DNA of 64,000 nucleotides, taken from contig JBEKDF010000007.1 of NCBI GenBank assembly GCA_050014495.1, forward strand, positions 31,094-95,093, given 5' to 3'. Origin of the DNA: Candidatus Bathyarchaeia archaeon (GTDB taxonomy: Archaea > Thermoproteota > Bathyarchaeia > TCS64). The notes beneath the pieces are model-generated. The model did no database searches. It was given only the letters and a program-made list of their open reading frames with translations, and had not been told where the DNA came from. This document shows positions 40,265-49,829 of this stretch, piece after piece (position 1 is the first letter of the stretch; the number at the start of each line of letters is the position of its first letter). A program made the translations under genes and the position numbers.

Positions 40265-40383
40265 ACCGGTATACTGAGCCTTCTCGGTTCCCCAGCATCC
40301 TTACTTCTATGCGCACGCGCTTCACAGAATTCAACTAAAATCGTCCAGGTTAGGCTTTTCCTAAAGAGCTCAGCGAACGCGCG

Positions 40384-41098
40384 CGTGATGAACAGATAGA
40401 GAATTCTGTGAGACCTTGAGGAATATGGGCAAGGTTGGTATACCTATACTGGATTATAACCGGAATATAATAAGGACCTGGAGAACCTCACATTGGACAC
40501 GTGGAAGGGGGGAGTCCTACCTAAGTAGCTTCGACTACAACCTCCTTAAGGAAGCGCCTTTAGCCTCCTACGGAACAATCACCGACGAGAAGTTATGGGA
40601 AAATTTCACATATTTTATTAAGTGGGTTATACCAGTCGCTGAGGAAGCTGGAGTTAAGATGGCCCTTCACCCAGACGACCCACCTGTCCCCTCGATCTGC
40701 GGAATCGCCAGAATTTTCAGGAGCGTTGAGACGTTCAAAAGGATGATAGAAATAGCTCCAAGTGACTATAATGGGTTAACGTTTTGTCAGGGATGCTTCG
40801 CAGAGAGGGGGGCCGACGTAATTGAAGCCATATGCTATTTTGGCACTAGAAAGAAGATATTTCTTGTTCACTTCCGTAACGTTAGGGGAACAGTGCCTAA
40901 ATTCGAGGAGTCATTCATAGATGATGGGGTGTGGACGTGTTAAAAGCGATGAAAACTTATAAAGAGGTAGGGTTTGATGGACCGATTGACCACGATCACA
41001 CGCCTCACATAGACAATAATACTGAATGGGATCATAGAGGCAAAGCATATGCTATAGGGTACATGAAGGCCTTATTAGACGTAATCAACGCCATATAG
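40384..41098 (+). pseudogene. uxuA: Mannonate dehydratase, 5'-truncated with two frameshifts
   Basis: RDEQIEN, ALHPDDPP, GLTFCQG, VHFRNV; C-terminus (DHDHTP..AYAIGYMKALL) in another frame to TAG 41098. Confidence 0.88.
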
Positions 41099-41170
41099 TA
41101 TGAAAATATTTGCATTGTGCGCGCGTATTAGAGAGAAATAGTAAGAGAGAGTGAAAGTGGGAGAGAGAAA

Positions 41171-41194
41171 GTGTGTGGGGGGATAAGACTATGG
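41171..41194 (-). repeat. Dispersed repeat core fragment
   Basis: TGGGGGGATAAGACTATGGT shared with 39237-39255. Confidence 0.65.
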
Positions 41195-41267
41195 TGGTGA
41201 TTAAGATTTATTTGTCTGGACGTCGCGCGTGCGACGCCAATAGTCTGAACATTAACGTGCGCGCGGT

Positions 41268-41915
41268 TTAGTTGATTTCCGACCAACGTGTTATTATTCT
41301 AATCCCCTCAACAGCGTCATGAGCTGCTGCGTCCGCGCCTATCTCCTCAGCGTACTTCTGGGTCAATGGAGCCCCCCCAATGATCACCTTGACCTCGTCC
41401 CTGAGTCCTTGTCTCTTAAACTCAAGCACTACATTCTCCATTTCACCCATGGTGGTGGTGAGTAGAGCCGACATGGCCACTATGTTAGGCTTATGCTCCT
41501 TGACGGCATTGGCAAACATGCTTGGTGAAACGTCGACGCCCAGGTCTATCACCTCGTATCTCTGAGCCTTCAGGAGGGTTACGAAGACATTTTTGCCTAT
41601 GTCATGTAGGTCGCCCTTGACTGTTCCTATTACGCACTTACCGGCGCTCTTCATGGTGCCTGTCTTTAGATATGGCTCTAGGATTTTCATACCCTCCTTC
41701 ATGGTCTCGCCCGCCATGATGAGCTCAGCTAGATAGTACTCGCCAGCCTCGTATTTCTCGCCAACAACCTTCATTCCCTTAGCCATGCCGCTGATTACGA
41801 CCTCGTAGGCTGGGATGCCTCCCTCAACGGCTTTTTTACAGAGTTCGGGTATCGCGTCGATGTTCAGTTCAATTATGGCTTTGCTAATCTCTTCTAATAA
41901 CGCCTGTTTGTCCAT
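41268..41915 (-). CDS. Methyltransferase-associated corrinoid protein (MtaC/MtgC type)
   Basis: GTVKGDLHDIGKN, DLGVDV, SALLTTT, IGGAP. Confidence 0.95.
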   Translation of the reverse strand: MDKQALLEEISKAIIELNIDAIPELCKKAVEGGIPAYEVVISGMAKGMKVVGEKYEAGEYYLAELIMAGETMKEGMKILEPYLKTGTMKSAGKCVIGTVKGDLHDIGKNVFVTLLKAQRYEVIDLGVDVSPSMFANAVKEHKPNIVAMSALLTTTMGEMENVVLEFKRQGLRDEVKVIIGGAPLTQKYAEEIGADAAAHDAVEGIRIITRWSEIN

Positions 41916-41916
41916 C

Positions 41917-42984
41917 TCATTGCCCCCCATATTTCTTAACTAAGTCTATTACCCGTTTATACTGCATGAAGCAGACGGTATTCGGTACGCTGTGGTCGCT
42001 ATGGTAGATGTATCCACCCCCCGTCTTCGCAGCGGATACCTTCTCCCTGATCTCCTCCTCTAGTGGTCTTGGGTCCTCGAGGTTCATGAGTCTAACGTCT
42101 ATACCCCCCATGTAAGCGATCTTGTCTCCGTACTCCTCCTTGAGTTCTATTAGGTCCATGCCCGCCTTCACCTCCAGTGGTTGGAGACAGTCTATCCCTT
42201 CCTCGATGAAGAAGGGTATCAGGCTCTTGACGTTACCGCAGCAATGGAGAAAGACCTGCATGTTCCTGGCGTGAAAGAAGTTGCATAGTTCCTTGAAGAC
42301 CGGATGGAGCTGGTCCTCGTAGTGGCGGGGTGAGAAGAACAGTCCATGCCTATACCCTAGGTCGCAGGCGAGAAAGGCCCCGTCGAACTCGAATCCACCA
42401 TCTCTCATGATGTCGCACATACCCATGACCAACCGCGCGTCGGTCCGGTACATGTCCTTGACCCACTCGGGTTCTCGTATAACCGCCTTCAGTAACCTCT
42501 CCGATGCAACATATTTCTGGAACTTGTCGTATCCCACCGTGGCGTTATATACGATGTATCGGCCACGGCTTCGCTCCTTCTGGTTCTTATGTAGATCATT
42601 GACCCAGTCAACCCTCCGATCGTTGGGCTGCAACCTTGGTTTGAGCTTCTCCCAGTCCATCCTACTCTTACACGAGTAATCGATGATCATGGGTGTGGTG
42701 GTAAAGTTCCGGTGGTTCTTCAGTACTTCACCGAAGCTGTCTCTCTCGACGATGTACTCATCATCGATTGAAAGAATCTCCTCTTTTAACTGTGGGCCCG
42801 TATCAGCAACGTAGCTAGCCATCTCGTATCCAAAGTAATCCGCTGGATCTACTCCAGATGGGAGTCCCTCATTCCTCCAACGATCTACTGTCGCCTGCCA
42901 AGGGAAGTCATGTATGGGAACATGGTCTGGTTCTCTATGTTTCAGTGTCATCTTAATTCGTTCCCGAGAATTCAAGGGAATCAC
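41917..42984 (-). CDS. UroD/MtaA-superfamily protein
   Basis: SRERI...PDHVP, LHCCG, QPLEVKAGMD, GGYIYHSDHSVP; adjoins the corrinoid gene. Confidence 0.88.
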   Translation of the reverse strand: MIPLNSRERIKMTLKHREPDHVPIHDFPWQATVDRWRNEGLPSGVDPADYFGYEMASYVADTGPQLKEEILSIDDEYIVERDSFGEVLKNHRNFTTTPMIIDYSCKSRMDWEKLKPRLQPNDRRVDWVNDLHKNQKERSRGRYIVYNATVGYDKFQKYVASERLLKAVIREPEWVKDMYRTDARLVMGMCDIMRDGGFEFDGAFLACDLGYRHGLFFSPRHYEDQLHPVFKELCNFFHARNMQVFLHCCGNVKSLIPFFIEEGIDCLQPLEVKAGMDLIELKEEYGDKIAYMGGIDVRLMNLEDPRPLEEEIREKVSAAKTGGGYIYHSDHSVPNTVCFMQYKRVIDLVKKYGGQ

Positions 42985-43095
42985 TGCTTGGAAATGTTCA
43001 CCAGCGATATTTCACTGTTCGCGTGTACGAGTTTGCGCCATAGGTACACTCCTTAAGGGGTGGGTAGTTGACTTAGATTCAAAGGATGTAATGAG

Positions 43096-43995
43096 ATGTT
43101 CGACTACGACGTCGATCAGAAGATATATGAGATATTTGGCGTCAAGATCGGTGGAGTCCCTGGTCTAGCTCCGACTGTCATGGTGGGCTCAATGTTCTAC
43201 AAGGGACATGGAATTATTGAGGATCCTGTGAAGGGATTATTTGATGTGGTCGAAGCGGAGAAGCAGATTAGAGACGCTGAGGAGATGACTGATAAAACTG
43301 GATTACCGAGCATGTTGGACCTCGTGGCGGAGAACCTGGAAGCTGCTTGTAGGTACATAGACTTCGTCGTCGATGCATCGAAGATGCCGATCATGCTGGA
43401 TGTCGTCGCCGAGGAGGACCAACTCAACGTCCTTCAGTACGCTAGCGACATTGGAATTATGGACAGGATCATCTTCAACTCGCTCAACCCACAGACGAGT
43501 GATAGGGTATATGCAAAGATCGCTGAGGTCGGCTGCACCAGTGCCACGCTGCTTCTTCACAGCTCCCGTTATGTGCTTTCATCTAACAAGGACGTCCTAC
43601 TGGACGAGATGGTTCCAAAGGCGGTGCAGGCAGGAGTCAAAAATATCCTCGTGGATACCGTCGTACTAGACATCCCCACCCTGGGCCTAGCAGTGAAGGC
43701 TATACAGCGAATAAAGGACAGATATGGTTACCCGTGTGGCTGCGGTGCCCACAACGCGGTCTCCTCCTGGAAGAATTTACGTAAAAAGTACACACCTAGC
43801 GCAGTGACCACAGCAGTGGGCGTGATAAACGCGTTACCAGTAGCCGCTGGCGCCGACTTCGTCTTCTATGGTCCGATTAGGAACGCCGAGGCAGTTTATC
43901 CATCGATCGCCATGATAGACGCGGCGTACAGCCAACTGGTTATGGAGCAAAGGATGAGACCGGGTAAAGATCATCCCCGTTATAAAATTGGATGA
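43096..43995 (+). CDS. MtrH/MtgA-like corrinoid:pterin methyltransferase
   Basis: GVKIGGVPG..PTV.VGSMFY.GH, IFNSLN, GCGAHNA, GADFVFYGPI. Confidence 0.9.
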   Translation: MFDYDVDQKIYEIFGVKIGGVPGLAPTVMVGSMFYKGHGIIEDPVKGLFDVVEAEKQIRDAEEMTDKTGLPSMLDLVAENLEAACRYIDFVVDASKMPIMLDVVAEEDQLNVLQYASDIGIMDRIIFNSLNPQTSDRVYAKIAEVGCTSATLLLHSSRYVLSSNKDVLLDEMVPKAVQAGVKNILVDTVVLDIPTLGLAVKAIQRIKDRYGYPCGCGAHNAVSSWKNLRKKYTPSAVTTAVGVINALPVAAGADFVFYGPIRNAEAVYPSIAMIDAAYSQLVMEQRMRPGKDHPRYKIG

Positions 43996-44100
43996 TATGT
44001 ACAACACTGAGGGTTTATCCGAGGTATAAAGCAATAGAGCAATGGAAGCTCTTTACATGGTAACTTATTTTATACAGTGATCCCATGAAATTATCAAACA

Positions 44101-45162
44101 ATGATTGAAGACACGATGACCCCACGGGAGAGGTGGCTCTGCGTGCTTGGACGGCGGAGGCCTGATCGGCTACCGATGGATTACTGGGCCACATCGGAAG
44201 TTACCCAATCATTGATGTCACATTTCGGTTTCTCTGATCTGAGAGAGTTGTATGAGCGTCTACACATCGATGTACCCTTCAAGGCCAAGCCGAGGTACAT
44301 CGGGCCAGAAATCCCGGAAAACCTAGATGTCTATGGGTGCATGTATAGAGATGTCAGTTACGGAGTTGGGACCTATAGAGAATGCATCTCACACCCCCTT
44401 AAGCAGTTCAACACGGTTGAGGAGATCGAGAGAAACTACTCCTGGCCTCACACGGACCTGTATGATTACTCAACTATCTCGGAGCAAGTAACTAATTGGT
44501 GGGATTACCCAATAGAGGGTGGTGGCTCGGAGCCCTTCCTGGACTACAAGAATCTTAGGGGACAGGAGCAGGCTTTCATCGATCTATTCCGCCACCCGGA
44601 TATTGTCAACTACTGCCTCGATAAAATGTTTGAATTCTGCTACGAGAACACGAGGAAGATATACAGAGAGATCCCCGGCAAGGTCACATACAGCTATGTC
44701 GCCGAAGATCTTGGTTCTCAGACTGGACTGCTGATGCATCCAAAGATGATACGATTATTCCTCCTCCCAAGAATGAAAAAGATGATGGGCCTAGCCCATG
44801 AAAATGGTGTATACGTTTTCTTTCACAGCGATGGGGCCATCATGGAGATCATCCCGGATATGATAGAGACGGGGATAGACATATTGAATCCAATTCAGTG
44901 GAGGAGCAGAGGAATGGAGAGGGAAAAACTGAAACAGGACTTTGGTAAGAGAGTCATCTTCCATGGTGGGGTGGATAATCAGCATACTCTGCCCTTTGGT
45001 TCTGAGGAAGATGTGCATAAGGAGGTAGACGAAAACTTCCTTAAATTGGGCAGCGGAGGTGGCTACATCTTGGCCCCCTGCCATAATATCCAGCCAATTA
45101 CGCCTGTGAGAAACATAATCGCGATGTATGAGAGAGGACTCCTCAGAGTAAGCTCCATATGA
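44101..45162 (+). CDS. UroD/MtaA-superfamily protein
   Basis: MTPRER...PDRLP, AEDLGSQ, FHSDG, GGVDNQ, APCHNIQ. Confidence 0.88.
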   Translation: MIEDTMTPRERWLCVLGRRRPDRLPMDYWATSEVTQSLMSHFGFSDLRELYERLHIDVPFKAKPRYIGPEIPENLDVYGCMYRDVSYGVGTYRECISHPLKQFNTVEEIERNYSWPHTDLYDYSTISEQVTNWWDYPIEGGGSEPFLDYKNLRGQEQAFIDLFRHPDIVNYCLDKMFEFCYENTRKIYREIPGKVTYSYVAEDLGSQTGLLMHPKMIRLFLLPRMKKMMGLAHENGVYVFFHSDGAIMEIIPDMIETGIDILNPIQWRSRGMEREKLKQDFGKRVIFHGGVDNQHTLPFGSEEDVHKEVDENFLKLGSGGGYILAPCHNIQPITPVRNIIAMYERGLLRVSSI

Positions 45163-45318
45163 GCGCGAGCGTGGCGGCAACAGTAGTACTGTTTTCGCGC
45201 GTGGTTAATGATTTAGTGAAGGTACCGTTAGCTAATAGGTTCGACGTAGCGATATAAAGTCCGATATATCTACATCGCGCGTGGCGCTATCTTTCTCCCC
45301 TCGTTTAATTTTTCCCGA

Positions 45319-45337
45319 CCGAATAATTTCTTAAGCC
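45319..45337 (+). promoter_or_regulatory. BRE/TATA promoter, probably leaderless
   Basis: CCGAATAA followed by CTTAAG about 28 nt upstream of ATG 45361. Confidence 0.55.
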
Positions 45338-45360
45338 ATAGCCGACGACTTACCCTTGCT

Positions 45361-46305
45361 ATGAAGTTTGGATACTTCCTCCGCCCGGCCTGGAGTTACG
45401 AGGGGATGCTAGAACTCGCAAAGCACGCCGAGGAGCTAGGACTCCACGGAGCCTACATCAACGACCACGTAATCGGTCTCTTCAATGAGGCGAAGATGCC
45501 ATTTCTGGAAGCTATGACGACGATGGCCGCTATAGGAGCCCAAACCCACCGGATCCGCATAGGCCATATAGTCATCATGAACAGTCTCCGCAACCCCGCA
45601 TTCCTCGCGAAGACCCTCACTACCCTCGATCATATCACTGGAGGCCGCCTCGACATCATTATCGGCGCTGGGTGGAACCAAAAGGAGTATGAGGGATACG
45701 ACCTGATTGGGAATGGTTCAGGGATGCCAAGCGCCATGGAGCGTGTCAACAGGCTTATGGAGGCTGTCCAAATAATGCAGGGCATGTTCGATGCCAACGA
45801 GTTTAGTTACGAGGGAAGGTACTGGAAGCTCAAAAGTGCCTACAACTACCCGTTGCCGATACAGAGACCTCTTGAGATACAGATCGGTGCTAGCAAGCCC
45901 CATCTTATTAGTCTGGCAGTGCGCCACGCGGATGGCTTTAACATCCGCGGCGACTTGGAGGTTTTGCGCTGGGCGAAGAGCATCTATGTCAAAGAGTTAG
46001 AGAAGCTGGGAAAGGATCCCCGAAGATTTCACTATACCGGCTTCGAGCACACCATGATTCTGTGCAAGAGCGATGTTGAGTACGATGCTGTGGCGAGGCA
46101 GCAGGCAGCCAGGTGGAAGCGGACGCCAGAATACGTTAAGGCGAACTTCTTTCTCGGGACACCGGAGGCGCTCGTCGAAAAGCTCCGCGCAGCAGATGAC
46201 CTCGGCGTCGAGATGATGATCATCTATCCCCGCCCCGCGGACAAGGTATCAGAGGCGAAGACTAGGCTCTCTGAGTTTAGGGACCTAGTCGCCAACCAGC
46301 TCTAA
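45361..46305 (+). CDS. Luciferase-like (LLM) flavin/F420-dependent oxidoreductase
   Basis: NDH, RNPA.LAK...TLD..TGGR....GAGW. Confidence 0.9.
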   Translation: MKFGYFLRPAWSYEGMLELAKHAEELGLHGAYINDHVIGLFNEAKMPFLEAMTTMAAIGAQTHRIRIGHIVIMNSLRNPAFLAKTLTTLDHITGGRLDIIIGAGWNQKEYEGYDLIGNGSGMPSAMERVNRLMEAVQIMQGMFDANEFSYEGRYWKLKSAYNYPLPIQRPLEIQIGASKPHLISLAVRHADGFNIRGDLEVLRWAKSIYVKELEKLGKDPRRFHYTGFEHTMILCKSDVEYDAVARQQAARWKRTPEYVKANFFLGTPEALVEKLRAADDLGVEMMIIYPRPADKVSEAKTRLSEFRDLVANQL

Positions 46306-46404
46306 ACGGGCTGCGCGAGCAAGGGGTATTGAAGAGTAAATGGAACGGATAAGATAGTTACGTACGTATGAACGTAAGCATAATTAATGAGTGTTAGGAC
46401 ACAA

Positions 46405-46948
46405 GCGCGCGCTCTGTGGTGATTCCGCCGGGTATGTAGGCTGAGTAGTTGTCGAATGGGCTGAAACGGGGAATAATAGCTTTCACGGCGGGGTGTTTGT
46501 TTACGGCGAGGAACTCGGCTGTGGCGCCAACATAGGAGGTGCCTAAGGAGCCAACCAAGCCATTGGACTATGGCTGTTTGATGATCCAATCGACGATCTC
46601 ACCCTCGTCCTTGACTTCGTCGCTTGACCAGGGATAGGGCCACACACCGCAAGAGGCGCCTGTGCCTCGTACGTCGACGAAGACGAGTGCGTAGCCTCCG
46701 CAGGTGAAGACTTCGATGGCTTCGGATTGCTTCTGGAACCACTTGAATGGGGGTCGAACGTCGTTGGCTCGCCAGTATCGTGTCTGCAATATCAGTGATG
46801 GGATCTTTGCGTCTGATGCTAGGCCTTTGGGTAGCTGTATGTCTACTGCGAGCTTTACTCCGTCGTGCATTGTTAGGTAGACTGACTTTGTTGTGAATCC
46901 TCTGTATTTTGGCTTCCAGGTTGCTTCAGCTTTACCGAAGTTGGACAT
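46405..46948 (-). pseudogene. CocE/NonD-family hydrolase with a nonsense codon and 3' truncation
   Basis: MHDGVKLA, TRY, DVRGTGAS, QP*SNG.VG..GTSY.G; homology ends at (GC)4 46405-46412. Confidence 0.85.
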
Positions 46949-47030
46949 CGATCGACCTCACTTTATTTTAGATGTATATTGAGGGTAAAAGTTCTTTTAC
47001 GTATGATTACTAGTGTATGCACGCGCAACT

Positions 47031-47240
47031 TCATTCAGTTTCCTCTCCCTTCTTCCTCCATTCATACCGTGACCGAATGAATACGATGACTAGGCATAGG
47101 ACGATGCCCAGAACCGAGTAGCTGCCGACGTCGTTCTCGCTTACCGGGTACTTGGTCGTGATGAGGGAGAGCACCAGGGTGAGGATGGTTAGGGCCACGG
47201 CGGTTAGGACCAGCACCAAGTTCCACCTACTTATTCTCAT
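47031..47240 (-). CDS. Small two-TM membrane protein
   Basis: Two hydrophobic helices. Confidence 0.65.
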   Translation of the reverse strand: MRISRWNLVLVLTAVALTILTLVLSLITTKYPVSENDVGSYSVLGIVLCLVIVFIRSRYEWRKKGEETE

Positions 47241-47416
47241 TCATCTTCCTCTTCATCATCCAAGTTCCAATCCTTATTTTAGTGGAACCCATTCTCCGAC
47301 TTAGCCTTAACCCCAGGCTCGCCGCGACCCGAAATCAGGCGCGCATAGCACCTACATGCAAATAAAAAATCAAAAAATGCCAAATAAATCAGTTTCTAAC
47401 TGTTTTGGGAGCGAGT

Positions 47417-48070
47417 TTAATGGGCAGCCACATATTCATCGATCTGCTTGTGCCACTCGACGGTCTCGGTGACCTGCGGTTCGGTCTCCTCCCCAAATAA
47501 TAGGTCGACCATGTATTTTGGTCTCCTGCCACCGATCGCGATGGCTTTTATGCATGAGACGCAGTAGACGACGACCTCATCCTCAGGCATATCGGCGGCT
47601 CGCCTCCTCATAGCCTCCTCAACCTCTGCGAGTGGTCGGGAGGGATAAAGAGCGTCGCCACAGCATATTGTACCGGTACCTGTTCTCTTCGGCTCAACGA
47701 CTTTGATATTCATCCTCTCGAGAAGGGCCCTGACCGCAATGTGTACTCGAGGTTGACTGCGTGTTGGGCAGGCGTCCTGTATGCTCATCTTCCTCCCATC
47801 GTAGTTGGGGTAGGTGAACCAGTCGCCCTCGGCTATTATCTCCCAGAGAGACTTTGTGGTAGACTCATTATAGTACGTCCTGTATCGCCTGTCGCAGCCC
47901 GGGCAGGTGTTTATGATGCATGTTCCCGTGGGGAGGGTTGGGTGGTTTCTGCAGCAGGTGTCGAGGCGTGGCATCTCGCCGAGGTTCTGGGAGAGTATTT
48001 GGTGCACCTTCTCGGATAGTTGGGGCTTGTATATGGTGAGGGCGCAGCCAGGTGCGTAGACGTACTGCAA
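47417..48070 (-). CDS. CCG-domain Fe-S protein
   Basis: PGC, CC, CPGC, QDAC, CCG, CVSC. Confidence 0.85.
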   Translation of the reverse strand: MQYVYAPGCALTIYKPQLSEKVHQILSQNLGEMPRLDTCCRNHPTLPTGTCIINTCPGCDRRYRTYYNESTTKSLWEIIAEGDWFTYPNYDGRKMSIQDACPTRSQPRVHIAVRALLERMNIKVVEPKRTGTGTICCGDALYPSRPLAEVEEAMRRRAADMPEDEVVVYCVSCIKAIAIGGRRPKYMVDLLFGEETEPQVTETVEWHKQIDEYVAAH

Positions 48071-48229
48071 ATTGGGTCATGAGCATGCATTCGTGACGAC
48101 TTATAGGGTTTTCATCGAATTCTTGCGGTCAAAGCTATCATGAATAATAACTCTAGTCGACAAACCTAGCCGCGCTCTCACATGGGAGCTTACGCGAAAT
48201 GTTAATTACCGTACAAACTTCTTCTCAGA

Positions 48230-48940
48230 TTGAAAACCATGGAAAACCTGAAAGAGGAGCTACGCGAAGAAGCCTCGAAATACGGAATGGATCTCTTCGG
48301 AGTAGCCTCTGCGCAAGATCTCAGCGAGGCTCCCGCAGGCCACAGGCTAAATGACGTACTCCCCGGAGCTAAGTCGATTATCATCCTCGGTTTGAAGATG
48401 CTCGATGCACAGACTGATCTGCTCCCACTAGAAGGAGACACCTCATCGAACTCGCCAAGGCAGGCCATGTTCAGTGGCCATAACGCCTTTCTCTCCCAGA
48501 GACTCGACGAGGCCGGGTATTTCCTGTCGAGGTTCCTGGAAAAGAAGGGGTACCACGCCTATCACCAACTCTCGTCAACAGGAGGGATAGATGGCAGATA
48601 TCTAACCGGCCTAATATCCCTAAAACACGCAGCCGCCAGAGCGGGACTGGGATCCATAGGGAGAAATAGCCTACTGATAACCTCCCAGTACGGGCCCAGG
48701 GTGCGCCTCACAGGGATCATAACCGATGCAGAGATTGAACCCGATAAAGCAAACATTAGTGATCCCTGCCTGGAGTGTGGAAGATGTATCGACGAGTGCC
48801 CGGTGGGAGCCCTCCAGAACCCGGACCATGGTGAACCCTACGAGATAAATAGGTTCGCCTGCAACCAATTCCTATCTACGAGACCCACTTGCAGCATCTG
48901 CCTCAAAGTATGTCCGGTTGGGGATAAACGAGTAAGATGA
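48230..48940 (+). CDS. QueG/reductive-dehalogenase-like cobalamin Fe-S protein
   Basis: SLKHAA..AGLG.IGRN.L..YGPRVRL, CxxCxxCxxxCP, C..CxxCxxxCP. Confidence 0.85.
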   Translation: MKTMENLKEELREEASKYGMDLFGVASAQDLSEAPAGHRLNDVLPGAKSIIILGLKMLDAQTDLLPLEGDTSSNSPRQAMFSGHNAFLSQRLDEAGYFLSRFLEKKGYHAYHQLSSTGGIDGRYLTGLISLKHAAARAGLGSIGRNSLLITSQYGPRVRLTGIITDAEIEPDKANISDPCLECGRCIDECPVGALQNPDHGEPYEINRFACNQFLSTRPTCSICLKVCPVGDKRVR

Positions 48941-48979
48941 GGATTATACCAAAGTAAATTTGGCGCGAGTGCATATTCA

Positions 48980-49696
48980 CTACTGTGCGTGCTTTTTCTT
49001 ATTGCCATGAGGGCAGACATATACACAGAGACCACAGTTGACATCTCCGAAGGTCTTGATCCTGTCCTCAGTGTATCCATCACAGAGTTCCGCATTAAGC
49101 CTCATATCCCTCAGCTCATCCGAATCGAAGGCTCTCCCTAGAATTGCCTTAGAAGGGCATATGTCGGTGCACCTCGTGCAGTCACCACACCTGTTCTTGA
49201 TCGGACTCCCCGTTGATAGAGGTGCGTCGGTGAGAACCGTGGCTAGTCTCACCCTTGGCCCATACTCTGGTGTGATGAGGAGGCAGTTCTTACCTATCCA
49301 GCCGAGGCCAGCCAGGTTCGCTGCGACCTTATGTGAGAAGGTTGCCTCGAGTTTCCCGTTGTTCAACATCGATGAGGCAGGTATCGTGTAGGCCTGGAAC
49401 CCCTTCCCCTGGATCTTTTTCGCTACCATAAACGCGGCTCTGTCGAGTGCCGCATTCACGGTTGTATAGAGCCCGCAGTAAATGGAGATCGTCCCCAGGT
49501 CGTTGTGGTTAAACAATTGATCGATGACTTGGTCGAGAAGCCTGATCCCCAGTGAGACCGCCTTCGGGAAGCTGGCCACGTATTTGCCACCTTGGTTCTC
49601 TATGTACTGCTTAGCTGGTGTGAGATCAGCTACACCGAATAGATCTACACTTAGATTCTTCGTGTAAACAACGAGCTCCTCGTCAAAACTGACCAA
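48980..49696 (-). CDS. QueG/reductive-dehalogenase-like cobalamin Fe-S protein (paralogue)
   Basis: SHKVAA.LAGLGWIGKN.L..YGPRVRLA, two Fe-S motifs. Confidence 0.85.
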   Translation of the reverse strand: MVSFDEELVVYTKNLSVDLFGVADLTPAKQYIENQGGKYVASFPKAVSLGIRLLDQVIDQLFNHNDLGTISIYCGLYTTVNAALDRAAFMVAKKIQGKGFQAYTIPASSMLNNGKLEATFSHKVAANLAGLGWIGKNCLLITPEYGPRVRLATVLTDAPLSTGSPIKNRCGDCTRCTDICPSKAILGRAFDSDELRDMRLNAELCDGYTEDRIKTFGDVNCGLCVYVCPHGNKKKHAQ

Positions 49697-49829
49697 TCAA
49701 TAAACACCAGTACCATATCTTCTCTACCCCAAAATAATTACCTTTGCTGAATACGGGGCATTGTACTCCAATATCTCAGCCTTAAAAAATTGATAAATAA
49801 TTGGTAGAGGCACCTTGAATTGATTCAAA

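Noticed and set aside
39853..40334. Minus-strand ORFs 39853-40134 and 40068-40334
   Set aside because: Phe/Ser/Leu-rich mirror of the purine-rich plus strand; the chained plus-strand micro-ORFs explain the region better.
43096..43995. Evidence of methanogenesis (mtrH)
   Set aside because: Stand-alone MtrH-like gene without mtrA-G or mcr; typical of soluble methyl-transfer modules.
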